A stretch of DNA of 54,328 bases from Phoronis australis (GCA_002633005.1 NMRA01000655.1:171526-225853), one strand, 5' to 3'. Counted from the stretch's first letter, positions 1 to 12,856 are shown. Program-made: numbers and translations. Notes: generated from the letters alone by a model not told the origin.

Positions 1-289
1 CCGTGTCTCACTGTGTGTGTCGTCAGCTTATACTCTGTGGTGGCATTACTGCGTCATTTTATCTTCACTTGAGAATGAAACAAGTATGTTTCGAAATATC
101 GTGTGTCTTTTTAATTATGTCGCTAGGTCAGTTACTGTATCTATGTTCAGTAGAGAGTAGAGTTTTATTCAGAAAGTATGAACGCAACGGAATAAAGACC
201 GTGAAAAATGAAAAGTGTCGTGTATTCAACAAATTCTATATATATATATATATATATATACATATATGTTATGTCTTATTTTTATTATT

Positions 290-565
290 TATTTATTGTC
301 TGTTTATATATACATATATATTTATATTTTAGTTAATCATCTTGTCTTACTTTCTTTAATTATATTTATCACATTTTTAAGTTTGTTTCATCGGTCTTTC
401 CATGTTAATATCTTATTCTGTATTGATTATTTAAATATTGTCTTTTATTTTTTAATTCTGTTAGTTTGTCTTACTGTCTGAATGTTTTTACTAAGGGCCC
501 CCATGGAAAGCAGTATAAACTGATGGGGATACAGTCATTGTAAATATTACATTAATAAATAAATA
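290..565 (+). mobile_element. 3' end/UTR of an L2/Crack-like LINE (same family as 25433-26745)
   Basis: Near-identical to 26490-26745 (ctgttagtttgtcttactgtctg...gggcccc.atggaaagcagt...aactgatgggg...cattgtaaatatta). Preceded by a TA microsatellite and followed by a (taaa)n-like tail. Confidence 0.7.
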
Positions 566-579
566 CATAATAATAAATG

Positions 580-2367
580 AATTATTACGCTAACGGCTCT
601 CGTCAATCTGCATTGTATTTAAAGCAGCGACAAGGTTATGCAAGAACTTATCGACAAATTTGTGTATTGAGGAAAATGCTTGTACCTTCACAAGTATAGA
701 TTTTTAACTCAGCAAACGTGTATATCTTCTGAAAGCAGAAAGGCAGTAGAATTAAAGTTTTGGATTGTTTCCAATCTACCAGTAATTAGGTCACGTGATC
801 ACCCTTTTCCTTAAAAGTTAGCAAATAGAAAGGTGCATTGATAGTTAAGCATCGGCATCAATAGCATGGAAGAAATATTCTCAAAAAGCTGTTGCAGTTT
901 TCTACTGAAAGATCATTTCGTTTTCGTTTTATTCAACTTTTATGTACCTATACAAAATTTCATTGACACTGTGAGCCCAGTTACAATTACCATTTTCACC
1001 TTGTTCCCTAAGCATACTATAACACTTCAGTTGGTATCTATGTTCTTCCATATCAAATAATTTTGTCAAATAGATAATTGGTTTACATATATATTTTGTA
1101 ATTAACAGTTGTCTACCACATTCACCGCGAGCCGTAGCACTTGGCGTTATAATACTCAATCTCAGAGCATATTCACAGAAATCATTATGAACTTTTTCAA
1201 TAGATTCACACATTGATGTTCCCCATATTTCTGCACCATATGTTAATATAGACATTATCATAGAGTCAAAGAGTTTAAAATGCACTCCATGGGAAATACA
1301 GTTAAATTTTGACAGAGTGGCTTTAATAACGCTCATTGCTTTTCGAGCTTGGCTTGCAAGTACTCTACAACACTCTCTCCATTTAAGTCTGCAGGAGAAT
1401 GTGTCTCCTAGGTACTTGTAGTACGATTTGGTATCTACTTTCTTATCGCCAAAAACCAATCTTTTATTACTTGAAAGTATGCCTCCTCGCTTAAATACCA
1501 CAACATTCGTTTTCTCCAAGTTAACTTGGAAGTTCCAATTTCGACAAAACTTTTCGAGGACATTGAGCTTCATCTGTAGCCCAGCAACAGTATTCGACAC
1601 CAGCACAAAATCATCGGCAAAAAACAGAGAACCTACATCACAACCCGTAGAGACACGTATACCTCTGCCTACAATTTCTCTAATATCAGACACTAGCGTG
1701 CTAAAAAACACCAAGAACAGCCAGGGACTTAAAAACACAACTTTGCCGGACACCGACTGTACAGCTGAAATAGGGTGTGGTCTGAGACTGAACCATAACG
1801 CACGATTGTATAGATCAGTACATACTGCGCAAAATGTTAAACATTTTTCCATGCAAACCTTTGGTTAAAAGAGCATAAAATAAACGGGAAATATCTGCAC
1901 TATCAAATGCCTCACTAAAATCGACGAATGCACAATATACTTTCCCCTTCCGTTTAGTGGATGATACACTGCTGGTTAAAAATGTTATCGATTGTAGAGT
2001 ACCGAATCCGAAAGCCTGCTTGTTCTTCCGGGATACATTTCATGTTATTCGACCATTCAACTATACGAGGATAAAGAATAGTTGTAAAAATTTTATTAAT
2101 ACTATATATAACGGAGATCCTTCTGTAATTATTTGGATTAAATTTGTCTCCTTATTTGTAACACGGCACAATAATACTTTTTGACCAGTGGGATGGATAA
2201 TGCCCGTTATTGACAATTCTATTAGAAAGTTTGTGTAGAAGTTCTACTAGGGCCTCAGGGAAGCACTTATAGAATTCAACCGGTATGCCGAATTCTACAA
2301 AAGCTTTCCTATAGCCCTTGGGTTGAAACATTTTAAAAACAACCTCTATAAGCAGTTTGGAGAACAA
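580..2367 (-). mobile_element. Degenerate non-LTR retrotransposon reverse transcriptase fragment, RTE-X-like, in a KLHL10 intron
   Basis: Broken ORFs 2152-2367 (YPSHWSKSIIVPCYK) and 929-1852 (SLFFADDFVL, NLEKT, YKYLG, LFDSMIMSILTYGAEIWG, RGECGR), with a 'AFVDFSEAFD' motif between them. The clade call comes from remembered motif style. Ends approximate. Confidence 0.8.
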
Positions 2368-2611
2368 CGCATAAAAGCATAGTGTGCAAAAATTTTATAT
2401 GAATCCGATTTCTGAGATACGATGTCCCGAAGTCAGCCAAATTTGAACACTTTTGTAGCTCCTGCTTCCTGTCCAAAACATGTTCTGATTTAGACCACTT
2501 ACCGTTATAAAATCGGTGTTATTTTATCAATTACTCAGTTTAGAAGTGCTCTCTGGGCAATTTAAAAGTTTACTTGAATTTATTAATTGTCTGTGGATTA
2601 CTTTTGATTAG

Positions 2612-2693
2612 GGATGGATTACTTTAACAGCGTGAGATGCTTCGATCCAGTTGTCAAGGTGTGGTCAGAGTGTGCGCCTATGAATGCAAGAAG
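2612..2693 (+). CDS. KLHL10: KLHL10 kelch exon (GMDYFNSVRCFDPVVKVWSECAPMNAR)
   Basis: Acceptor ttag at 2608-2611 and donor gt at 2694. Ends AG| (phase 2), joining A at 7348 to give Arg. Confidence 0.85.
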
Positions 2694-2879
2694 GTTTGAT
2701 TTACTTTACAACTTAGTTTTGTTTCCAATCTCAAAAACTACGAACAGTAATACGTATACCCCCAGTTGGAGTCGGCGTCAGGTAGAGTGCTACAACAAAA
2801 GGGAAATCCTGGGGAGTGTTTCGCGAGGATTCGGCATCATCATACCGAGGAAAATCATAAGAAAAATGACTTCTTGAAT

Positions 2880-2990
2880 TCATGCTTGGCCCTAACCTTA
2901 ACCCCAACTCTAACTGAAACCCTTCGTAACCCTAAGATCAACACTGGCCCTAACCCTAAACGCTAATCCTGACCCGAACACCAACCGTAT
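2880..2990. repeat. Degenerate (CCCTAA)n-like low-complexity tract
   Basis: cctaaccttaaccccaactctaac...taaccctaag...ccctaaccctaaacgctaatcctgaccc. Confidence 0.5.
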
Positions 2991-3749
2991 CTAAGGTGAC
3001 GTCATTTCTGTCTGTTGTCTGATTCCGTTCGGTGTGCCAATGCCAAGCCGTTTCGCGAGTATATGCTCAGGACCTTTCTTAGCCTATCCTTGCAAAATGA
3101 CTATCACTAGTGACTGGTCGGTGAGGTTGGAATGTTGATTAAACTAAAAGTATGAGATAAGCAAAGACCTTTCGCCGAAACTGCATGCTACTGTCTCGCG
3201 TCTACGGAGCGCAGCCTTAAGTTATCTTCATGGTGACCATCATTGGCACCAGTGGCCATTCCAGGTATTTCCACAACTATCCGCGCGAATCTCAGAGCAA
3301 GAATCGGTGGAAAATTACCCGCCTTGAAGCTCGTAATCAACATGTACATCTTCATCCAAGCCCCCTTTAATTTGCTTTCGCGAATAGCTATCTTCTTGTT
3401 ATATACCTATACAGGATAGGCAATTTCGACCCCTCACAGACTGCAAGGACGTTTTATCTAAAAGCATTTAGCATTAAAGGCATTATTTTCCCATGCATGT
3501 ACCAGGAGGGAAGATGACATCGGGTTCCTCCAAAATTTATCATATCTGGAGCCCCTCTAAATCCGCCTGTGGTTTTTGATAGATGAAGTTAAACATAAAT
3601 TATTTCACATTATAGCACGTCACCCAACCGGTATTGAACAATGCTTTTGATGTCATACGACAATCGAGCGTTTTCAGCCGAAAAATTTCAAATCTGTATC
3701 ACAATATATTATTGCAAATGCGGTCTACTTATATACAAAGGGTCGTAGG

Positions 3750-3895
3750 AAGCGGGGGGGGGGCACGTACCCCCAAAGTTTGCAGGCGTCAGGGTTAAAC
3801 CGTGGCAACCGACATAGGCGTGGGGTCGCGGACAGTTGAGAAAATAAAAACTGCGAATACGGATAAGAGAGAAAATTCAAGAGAACCTTTTGTAT
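3750..3895 (+). repeat. Dispersed repeat, similar to ~18530-18670
   Basis: Shared 'tttgca.gc.tcagggt.aaacc.tggcaaccgaca.agg.gtgggg' and 'aaaattcaagagaac'. Confidence 0.6.
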
Positions 3896-5362
3896 CACTT
3901 GAGAAAAATTAATGATCTGACGGAGAACATGAACTGCTGCGCATTTCCTAGTCGTTGAAAAATACACCTTTTCATATTGATGACATTCGTGTTTTTATTG
4001 ACAAATTCTTTAGGGATCGCTCACGGAGAAAGGGCCCATTGTTGGAATGGTTTATCTCCATTTTCCTGTTTTTGGAAATCGTACATCCGGCTTTCGTGTT
4101 GAGGAAGGTCTCTTCTTGCAGGACCACACGACAGTGGAATGAACTATCATTCTTTACCAAGCTTAATGATGTTTGAAGAACGTGAGGACCACTATTTGTG
4201 AATTACACAAAATGACTATTTTCAATGGTTATTTTCAAAATAATGTTACCTTTTTAACATAGTATCACGTGTAGTATACCTTTTGAAGATCGTTACAAGG
4301 AGTTGTTTGTAAGGAATTTGTCGAATGCACAATTCAAAGCTTTGGAAGTACTCCGTGAATCTTGACAAAAGGTCCACATTCGTACAAATTCGAGCCCCCC
4401 ATTTTTTTAGGCTGGGTGCACGCATGGATCTCAGCTACAGTTTCTTGAAGCAGTTCCCAGCTACCCGCCTTGCGCTGGCCCTAGGCCCATGCACTCTTAC
4501 TCTCCATGAAAATTTGTTTATTCAAACCCTGATGGTTGCATCGCCGCGATGGCTTCCACCTATGGCGGACGTGGGGGGTGGGGGTTCGGAACGAATGTGG
4601 CGGGTTGGAGGGCGGAGGTGGTCGTGGCTATAGGAAAGAGGGGGTAGTTTGACAAAGTCGAATTGGTTTGTGCCCCCCAATAATTTTTACCTTCCCACGG
4701 GCCTGATACACTGTAGGTTTAACAAAAAACACATCCGTTCTCAGATTATACAAATCCAGGATCAGACATTGTAGACATTACGAAATGATTTGTCTCTTGA
4801 TAACTTATCGTTGTGTAATCAACTTAAGACGAAACAAATACAGCGATACTTTATTGAACTTTAGCTCCTAGTACTGTCCTTGAACTGTCTGTCCAAGGTT
4901 TTGAAAGGTTCACAGAGCACTCGTGCTACATTACAGAGGACCCATATCCAGTATTTTTGCCATCGTTAACACTTCTCAATTCTGTGGTTACACTGAAGTT
5001 GGAAACCTGGACTGGAGCTCATGGGTGTGATTGTTGGCTTAATGAACCACTTCATTCTTATTTTATCATACTTTGAACTTAAATATTTTGACTCGTCGAC
5101 ACAGCGCTCAATAAAGCTTTAAATTCGTACGTAAATTATGCGTTGAAACTTCCGTAAATATAATATTTTGCGCTCCACGTTGGGAGAATGTCGGTCGTCT
5201 TGCTACAGTTTTTGCCTACAGTCTGTCAGCAGAGTCTTTAAATTTGATCCTTGCGTCCTTGAAATCTCTTCGCCTTTTTCACCCTAGCGTAATCGTTTTC
5301 CAGTTGCGTCAACTGCTGCTTGGCCGACGACAGGTCTTTTCACACTCTTACCACGTCATTCA

Positions 5363-5818
5363 TTACGGCTGTGTTGGAGCAACTGTAGTAGTCAGTTTGG
5401 CTAGGCACTTTTCCAGTTCTTTGTGTAAGTCATCCACTGCTTTCTTGTAGTAGGCTTCAACGCTCGACAGCTTCAACTGAGCTTCTTTCAGCTGTTTCTT
5501 GAGACCTTCGTCTTGAGTTTTGAGCTCTTGGACGACCTTTGTTTCATAGGTTAATTTCGTTGTAGTCATGGTCAACAAAGTCTCGAGCTGCTGGCGCTCC
5601 TGCACTAGTTTTTGATATTTCGCCTTTTCTTCTTGTAAAGTATCATAGCAGATTTCCCAGCGGGGATAATATACCTCATGTCGACATTCAAACGCTTTCA
5701 AGTCGTAGAATTTCCGCTGCCAGTAGCATAACTCAGTCTTGTATTTCTCACACGCGCCCTCCACTTCACTCAACTTAGTAACTACCAACAGCAGGAGAAT
5801 TGACAAAAGCACAAACAT
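5363..5818 (-). CDS. Putative secreted 151-aa protein: signal peptide, Cys/aromatic-rich N-domain, coiled coil; intronless and nested antisense in a KLHL10 intron
   Basis: True ATG with A at -3. Hydrophobic leader MFVLLSILLLLVVTKLSEVEG|A. Cys at residues 23, 31, 45, 57 and 138. Heptad-like E/K/Q/L stretch over residues ~58-141. Minus-strand AATAAA at 4850-4855. Confidence 0.7.
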   Translation of the reverse strand: MFVLLSILLLLVVTKLSEVEGACEKYKTELCYWQRKFYDLKAFECRHEVYYPRWEICYDTLQEEKAKYQKLVQERQQLETLLTMTTTKLTYETKVVQELKTQDEGLKKQLKEAQLKLSSVEAYYKKAVDDLHKELEKCLAKLTTTVAPTQP

Positions 5819-7347
5819 TTCAAAGGCTTCAGAGCCTAATGAATATCCAACAGGCCCACGTCACTTGGGGTGTAGTGATTATGATAACGGTGGTCGTTAC
5901 CTGAAACCTATTGAGTTTAAATGGAGCTTTATCGCAGCAATCTGATTCGCTTCGTCATCGAGAGATGACTTAGTGGGAATCGGAGTTGGGGTGGCCCTGT
6001 GATACGGAGACCTATCTTAATCTCATTGAAAACAATTAAGCTTAAGTAGGTGACGCAGTCCACAGTCGAACAAAATTTCCTGGTACCTTGGCATTGTTTA
6101 GGGTATGGATGAATCAAATTTCATAAGCACTCCACTGAAAAACTTTGATTTTTGCTTGACACCCGAAGTTTTGAATTAACGCCATCAGGTCATGCGATCT
6201 AGAATTTTGATAAAAATTATTCTCTTAGATAAATGTATTATAGTATTAGAAGACTCCAGAAGAGACATATTTATTAAATACCATCGTTGTAAGCTTTTCG
6301 ATTTGTGGCTCATCCACGTATTTACTCATCCTTCAGAATTATTGTAAAAACATTTTTGAAACTTGAAAGAGCGAGGAAATTGACTGAAGGTGATCTCGTG
6401 TTACAACTATGACTGAGGGGCAGGTCAGCTACCTCACACTAGGTTATAAGTAACTGGTTAGGCGGGGACACGTTGGGCGAGTTACCCGTTCAGGGTATAG
6501 TTTTGATGTTGACAAGTAATTTTTATGAATTTCCCTTTATCGGGGTGCCAAAAACCTAGACTGTAAAAATGATTTTAGTGGAATAAAAGGAACATGTGGA
6601 ACTCTTACCAGGGCTATGGATTGCGCATAACTTTGTGGACGATGACCGACAGTAGGTAACACTTTTAGCTTATGTGTTAAAGCGGCTTCAACTGGCCTTA
6701 CACCGCAAAACATGTTTGGCTTCAAATTGGTCCTTAATCAAACTGAAGGTAACGGAGCTTCGACAGTGTTGACTGTTCGTTACTGCTTGAGACCGTTTTA
6801 TTGGCCCGAGACTGGTCTTCACAAATTACGAACTGTCAGCTCTTTGCAAACCCACAAATCACATCCAATCTGAGTAAGAAGTGAGTCGAATTCTTGACAG
6901 AACGCGGGTTAATAGCCGACCTAAACGTTACTCTAGAGGAGACTTATTTGTGATTATCTGCTTTGAAAGAAAGTGGCTCCAGACGTCTTATTTTTGATCA
7001 CAACTCTTTCTTTTTATTGCAAAAGTAGGTCTACTTGAAAAAATGAAAATAATATTCGTCACAAAATCTTTTATTGAAACATGGGCACCCAAAATTCTGA
7101 TCACTGTCATGCAGAGTAACCTTGAGAGACTTTTTACCTATTCTTAGTACATGAAAAAAGTTTTTTATTTTGTTATGAAAATCGTTTTGTTGCATCAGCT
7201 TAACATCGGAAATGTTTTAGCTAAAAGCTGCATTGCTGCATTGGTTACCAAACGAAAGACAAGAGCCAATTTTGATCTTTGAACGTAACAAAATTACGAT
7301 CCCTTTTACACATTTAATTGATATCGAAATTGTGATAATTTTTGTAG

Positions 7348-7517
7348 ATGTTACGTCAGTGTAACTGTTCTTGACAACTGTATATACGCAATGGGCGGAT
7401 TCGACGGTCACGTACGCCAAAACACGGCCGAGCGGTACGCGCCCAAGACCAACCAATGGAGTCTCATTGCACCGATGAATCAACAGAGAAGCGATGCCAG
7501 CGCCACTTCATTGGACG
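7348..7517 (+). CDS. KLHL10: KLHL10 kelch exon (CYVSVTVLDNCIYAMGGFDGHVRQNTAERYAPKTNQWSLIAPMNQQRSDASATSLD)
   Basis: tttgtag acceptor, gtaagg donor at 7518, canonical kelch GG...Y...W motif. Confidence 0.92.
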
Positions 7518-7589
7518 GTAAGGTTTCTGACAATCAATCCGTTGCCCATCTGCATGGGCGAGGGATTGGGTTAATACACAGCCGATAAT

Positions 7590-7739
7590 CATGGGCGGCG
7601 CACCATAGGTTGCTGGGGGGAGACTATAGCCCCACCACTTTTTTCAGTGCTACACCGCCCATGGTGTGTGGGCGCTGCACCACAGGGGTGGGGGCTGGGG
7701 GGCTATAGCCCCCACTTTTTTAGTGCTACGCCGCCAATG
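7590..7739. mobile_element. Small MITE with CA...TG ends and 5-bp TSD
   Basis: TIR CATGGGCGGCG / CGCCGCCAATG, with ATAAT immediately on both sides. Internally two similar ~75-bp halves. Confidence 0.65.
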
Positions 7740-8609
7740 ATAATGTTTGTTATTACACCCCACTAATACTTCTTTCCTTTGACTGGCTAAAACGCAGAAC
7801 GATAACTTCCGTTGTTAGGCGATGTTGAGCAGCAGGCCATAGAATATCACTTTTCATTCATACCCGTACAACTCAGGTATCGGATGATGCTATTCGTGAT
7901 CCGACCAAACACAGACTGCAGAATTCACAACTCCTTGACCGTGTAAGCAAACGGAGCAGAAACCGTCAGTAAATCAAAGCAAGTAAGAAACGACAAAAAG
8001 GAGAAAATGTGTCGATTCCCACTACGTGTCCATCGAATAGGAAGCTGCGAAGCCCGTTATAGGGTCGGCAAATCTCTACTTAATTTTGAGGAGTCTTGGC
8101 GTCCAAAGTTAGGGGAGTTTGTGCTTAACATGTGGCCTGCAGAGTTGCAGTTGACAGCATCGAGATCACCTTATATAGCGAACCTGTCTGGGAAGGAGCG
8201 ATTCTTAGAAACTTTTCTTTCAGGAGGACGTGGACATTTATTTTATTCTTTGTTTGCAGATGGCGCTCGTTCTCCATGCATGTGGAGATAGTTTACCTTT
8301 GCTTTGCAACACATGTAGGAGACTGGTGTGCAACACAGGGAGCACTTGCACCTTGCTTTGCAAGGTAGCCGTTATACGTTATGACATACAGTGTATTATT
8401 ATGGCGCTGAAATCATATGCGTATATGTAGGCTGTGAAACTGTGCACAAATTTTCATATTTGAACAGAAACACAACATTAAACTAAATCTGGTACTCAGA
8501 GTCACCGTGTCATATAAGAATGCCCTTAAAGTCGAATTTAGAACTTTATGTTTCAAGTTTAGAACTGATCGCCTGACGTCAAAAGTAAATTAGCAAGGTT
8601 ACTTCCTAG

Positions 8610-8755
8610 GCAAGGTGTGGATAGTTGGCGGCTTCAACGGACAAGAGTGCATGAACTCAGGAGAATACTACACACCGCGCACGAATCAATGGACGATGAT
8701 TGCGCCGATGCGAAACAGGCGTAGCGGAGTGGGAGTGATAGCACATCACGGAATG
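8610..8755 (+). CDS. KLHL10: KLHL10 kelch exon (GKVWIVGGFNGQECMNSGEYYTPRTNQWTMIAPMRNRRSGVGVIAHHGM)
   Basis: ttcctag acceptor, gtatgt donor; phase 1 in, phase 0 out. Confidence 0.92.
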
Positions 8756-10242
8756 GTATGTACCAAGCAGAAGGATACTGATAAACATATAGTTCCAAAC
8801 TTCTGTCGTAGTTAAAACTGCGACTTAAAATATTAAATCGTTGCTGAGAAACCATTGTGAGCCCACATAAACTTGGAAAAAGTTTGAAAACTCGCACCCA
8901 AAACACTCTTCACACGGTGTACAAAATACAAACCATATAAAAATACGCTGGGGCATAAACTTTACAAGCTCTGCGCAAAATAAAAAAGGCGGTTGCGGTA
9001 TTCCTTTACGACTTGTCGTTTCCGTTATGCTTTTACCATGGCATGCAATTTGACCAAGATTTAAGCGAAGTGCCGAAAGCAAAATGGATAGGTATTTCAA
9101 GATAAATTAGAACAGCAGAATTTTCCTCAAGTAGTGTAAGTGATAATATTTAACTCAGTGGTAGAAGACTGCGTCATCCGACCCAGTTCAGTTGTTGTTC
9201 TACACACGCGAAGAGCGACTTGAGCCAAGGGAATATGAAACTACGTTCAAATTATTAATGTACATTTTACCAAAATTCGACTTGAACATATCGATGCCGA
9301 TACGTGCACGAGTGTTTTCGACGATAGCCGATCAAAAACTCCGAATTTGTGATTAAAGAAGACAGAAGTTCTACCAATGCGTTGCCCTCTTGTCATTGGA
9401 GAAATTCAATTCTCTTTGCAAAGCGAATGACTACATGAACTAGAAAATTGGAAATCTACCCAAAATGTATCAGCGACTACATGTACATGGTTTAATCATG
9501 TTGTCCTACATAGTTTTTATTGGTCGCAAGAGGGCGATAATTGCCATAAAATTTCGATACCCTCTCGCTGGTTCCCCACGTGCCTAGCCAACACGCAGGA
9601 ATCACGCAGCGACACGCGCTTTAGCATTGGTTGATGTAACCGCAGCAGTCATTAATTAGCGTTACAACACCATGAAAAAATGGCGGACTGTAAAAGATTT
9701 TTAGCCTTGTCATGCAAGAGGCGTCGCAGCAACTATTTCGTTCCTGCAGTGACGTTTAATACCAGCGTGCTTGAAGCACATACACCATCAGGCCGATTTA
9801 AACGGTGGATTATTCATACTGTGTGAACACAGGACAGTATCGTAAACAAAAGTCATCGACAGTAGAAAGATGCACTCCGCAAAGGCGCAACCACAATTTC
9901 TCGGAATCACATTTCATGAACATAAACTTTAAGCACCGATTTGTCTGTACAGCAGACCAGATTTACATTTCAGTCCATCAGTCATGCCAGTTTCTTTGCG
10001 TAAAGCACTCCCTGTGGAGAATTCGACTAGCAAATCAGACACGCCAGTGTAAAAAAATTCCCGAGGAAAATTAATTGCGTGCTGGCTACTGACCACCAAG
10101 CGGAACGCAGGGAACCAGCGAGCGATGACTCAGCGTCACCTATACTGAAACGTGGCCCTGTGGAAACATGATGAACGACAAATCCGTTTATCGCGTTGGC
10201 ATTAACCGCGCGATTGCTTTAGAAATCGTCTTAATTTTAATG

Positions 10243-10689
10243 TTTGATAAAGAGAAAATTATGAGTTTCTGAGTGATTCGCTAAGACTTCGATTAAAATT
10301 TACATCAGTTACCAGTAGCTTCTGCGTCTTCATTGCACAGTGGAGCAAACGACAGAAATGGAGTATTAGTGCGCAGCGCCAGTGCCGGTCGCCTGGGAAA
10401 TCACGCACAGGGGGCGTCATTACTTAGCCATAGTTCCTTTACGATTGCCCTTGTTGTCTGAATCAGACACTTGAAATCGGGTCTGAGCCCCTCCCCCCAC
10501 ACACACAAAATAAAACTGCACACATTGTTAAATGTTGTTTTAACCGTAGTATAATGTTAATTACCGGAGTTAATTAATAAACTCCTCACGCTCTTGCTGT
10601 TTTATTTTTTACGGCAGCCAAGGGGGGGGGGGGGCNNNNNNNNNNNNNNNNNCAAGGGGGGGGGGGGGCGCCCCCTAAATCTGCCTATG
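10243..10689. mobile_element. Partial copy of ~1-kb hAT-like MITE family (also 14329-14621, 46272-47180, 50665-51694)
   Basis: 10245-10600 is similar to 46800-47180. Ends in ctaaatctgcctatg, the reverse complement of the terminus at 50665. Confidence 0.6.
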
Positions 10690-11450
10690 GGTCTTAGTGT
10701 GTTAATTATAGTAGCAATAAGAATTTTCCATGTGGTCGCGTGGCAATGGGCGTTTTCTGCGTGTAACCAGCATTAGGCAAATTTTCGCCCAATGTGAACG
10801 AGTGTACTGCACATTGGTGTTGACTGTGACCGACAGCACACAGACATGGCGTTAGTGTTTTATAAAAAATGCTAAACCAAGCCCTAAACTACATGTGCAC
10901 GACAGCATCTCCGTTTCTCTGCACGAGTTAACTTGAAAATAGCAATTGTATTTTGAGATCGCACTAACTGATTGAAAGCAAACATTAAATCATTCATAAC
11001 AATTGGAATATCAAATTTATGTCAAAGTTCATTCTTCAAGGGGCATTCTAGTAAACATGAGATTCACGGCTCTCAATAAATTCCATCTCACAACAAGGGG
11101 AAAACGTTTATCCAAGACACAGTTCCACGTAACTCATATATGAATCACACATCTAAATCATGAAAAACATTTTTCTGTACTCAACATTTGACGAATATGT
11201 TTTGCATTTAGTGCTTTTAAAAAGTGCCAAGTACAAAAAGGAGGCCTAAAAATAAACGAGTAGGGAAAAATGACTATCAGGGCACAAATAATTCTCAGAA
11301 ATGCACCTGTATTTTTAGTTCAAAAACATGTAATTTTGATAATCTTTGTGTTCACGTTCTCATTGTTCTCTGTTCCTTTCCCCCCAGATCAGTTAAATAA
11401 CATTTCCAAAGAATTTCAGTTTAAACTTGTTTTAACTTGTTGTTTGATAG

Positions 11451-11576
11451 ATATTTGCCATTGGTGGTTTCAACGGAATATCGAGAATGAACTCCGGCGA
11501 AAAATATGACACTGAAAAGAACACGTGGATGAATATCGCCGAAATGTACAATCCACGCAGCAACTACGCCATTGAG
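11451..11576 (+). CDS. KLHL10: KLHL10 kelch exon (IFAIGGFNGISRMNSGEKYDTEKNTWMNIAEMYNPRSNYAIE)
   Basis: gatag acceptor, gtacat donor, 126 nt, phase 0/0, kelch motif. Confidence 0.92.
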
Positions 11577-11816
11577 GTACATGTATGCCTTTAAGGCCTA
11601 GTGTCTAGACAGTCTGTATATATCTCGGGGCACCTAGTAGACACCATAGTTAATTTTATAGTGTTGATCGTACATTGCATTTACGAGTAATATCAATAAC
11701 GATATTTTTGACGAAAATAGTTTGTTTTTTCAACTGAAAATTCTAAAATCTTTTGAATTACGCGCATAGGGAGAGAAAACAAGCTCGATTTTAATACTTG
11801 ATTTTAATATTCCAAG

Positions 11817-11908
11817 GTCATTGACGACATGATATTCACCATTGGTGGGTTCAACGGTGTCACCACCATATACAACGTGGAGTGTTATGACGATTCAACC
11901 GACGAATG
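11817..11908 (+). CDS. KLHL10: KLHL10 kelch exon (VIDDMIFTIGGFNGVTTIYNVECYDDSTDEW)
   Basis: ccaag acceptor, gtaagg donor; phase 0 in, phase 2 out. Confidence 0.92.
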
Positions 11909-12605
11909 GTAAGGACAACAGGCGACAATAACGTGAAATCTATGCAATTATGTTTTGCAACAGGAGACACTGAGCATTTATAAACTATGCCTACACTGTA
12001 CATGTGGTTGTAGCAATTTTTATTTTAAAGACACCTGTCACTGAGCAATGTACATGCATTAACAAATATCGAAAGAAATATGAATATCCTTATTGGTAAA
12101 TCCTGAGTAAATTATCTGAGGTCGAAAGAAAGCGTACCTAAACTGAAGCGCGAATAGATTGATTTAGGCCAACATATTCACTGAAAGCTGACAGTGGAAA
12201 TATCAATATCGAAACTTGGATGAGAAGCACTTGAAAATAACGTAAATCTTGAACAAAATTGGTTCCCTCTTGTGAAATGTACAGCGTATCACATTTGTGA
12301 AAGTCACAGTTAGCCTGTGAGGTGTTGCAAATTCACGGGAAAATCACCCAACGGCCGCGCTTAGCTTTCACATCATTTACACAACTTTCCGATTTAAAAA
12401 AGCTTGGACCCTGCATGTGTATCGATCAATTAAACTTCCTGGCACAGGAAATGTACCTTGTTTTAGAGGGTTCTACAATAGTTGTTTTTTTCACCTGTAT
12501 GAAAATGAGACGCGTTGTTTGTAGTTCAGTCCCCTCTTGCAGGCACCTCTTGTATTATTCAATGCTACATATCATTGTGTAAAACCAAATAGATTTTCTG
12601 ATTAG

Positions 12606-12744
12606 GTTCGACGCTACTGACATGAACGTCTACCGGAGTGCTCTAAGCGCATGCGTCATAAGCAGTCTTCCCAACGTCAGAGACTACATACACAAGAACA
12701 GAGATTCCCGGGATGATAAAAAGAAAATGCGATCAAACAACTAA
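12606..12744 (+). CDS. KLHL10: KLHL10 terminal coding exon (FDATDMNVYRSALSACVISSLPNVRDYIHKNRDSRDDKKKMRSNN*)
   Basis: attag acceptor completes TG|G Trp; TAA stop at 12742-12744. Confidence 0.9.
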
Positions 12745-12850
12745 GACAGAGTTAAAGAGGCAAAAGAATGGAGTTCGACAAACGGAAACGAAGACTTGTT
12801 TAAGACATAGTTTAGATTTCAACTGTTATTTGGCAAAACGAAAAAATGGA

Positions 12851-12856
12851 AATAAA
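12851..12856 (+). terminator. Candidate polyadenylation signal of KLHL10
   Basis: AATAAA ~107 nt after the stop codon. Confidence 0.5.

Larger units (their letters stand above)
2612..12744 (+). other. KLHL10: Span of partial KLHL10-like gene (kelch-repeat C-terminal half; BTB/BACK exons lie upstream of the window)
   Basis: Six exons splice in phase into GMDYFNSVRCFDPVVKVWSECAPMNARRCYVSVTVLDNCIYAMGGFDG...DMNVYRSALSACVISSLPNVRDY, closely matching the KLHL10 kelch propeller and C-terminus as I recall them. Confidence 0.88.

Noticed and set aside
3-481. Hydrophobic ORFs resembling membrane proteins
   Set aside because: Translation of a TA microsatellite and T-rich LINE 3' UTR.
1428-1868. 146-aa + strand ORF
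   Set aside because: Antisense shadow of the LINE reverse transcriptase.
2880-2990. True telomere or interstitial telomeric array
   Set aside because: Short and highly degenerate; more like a repeat-internal tract.
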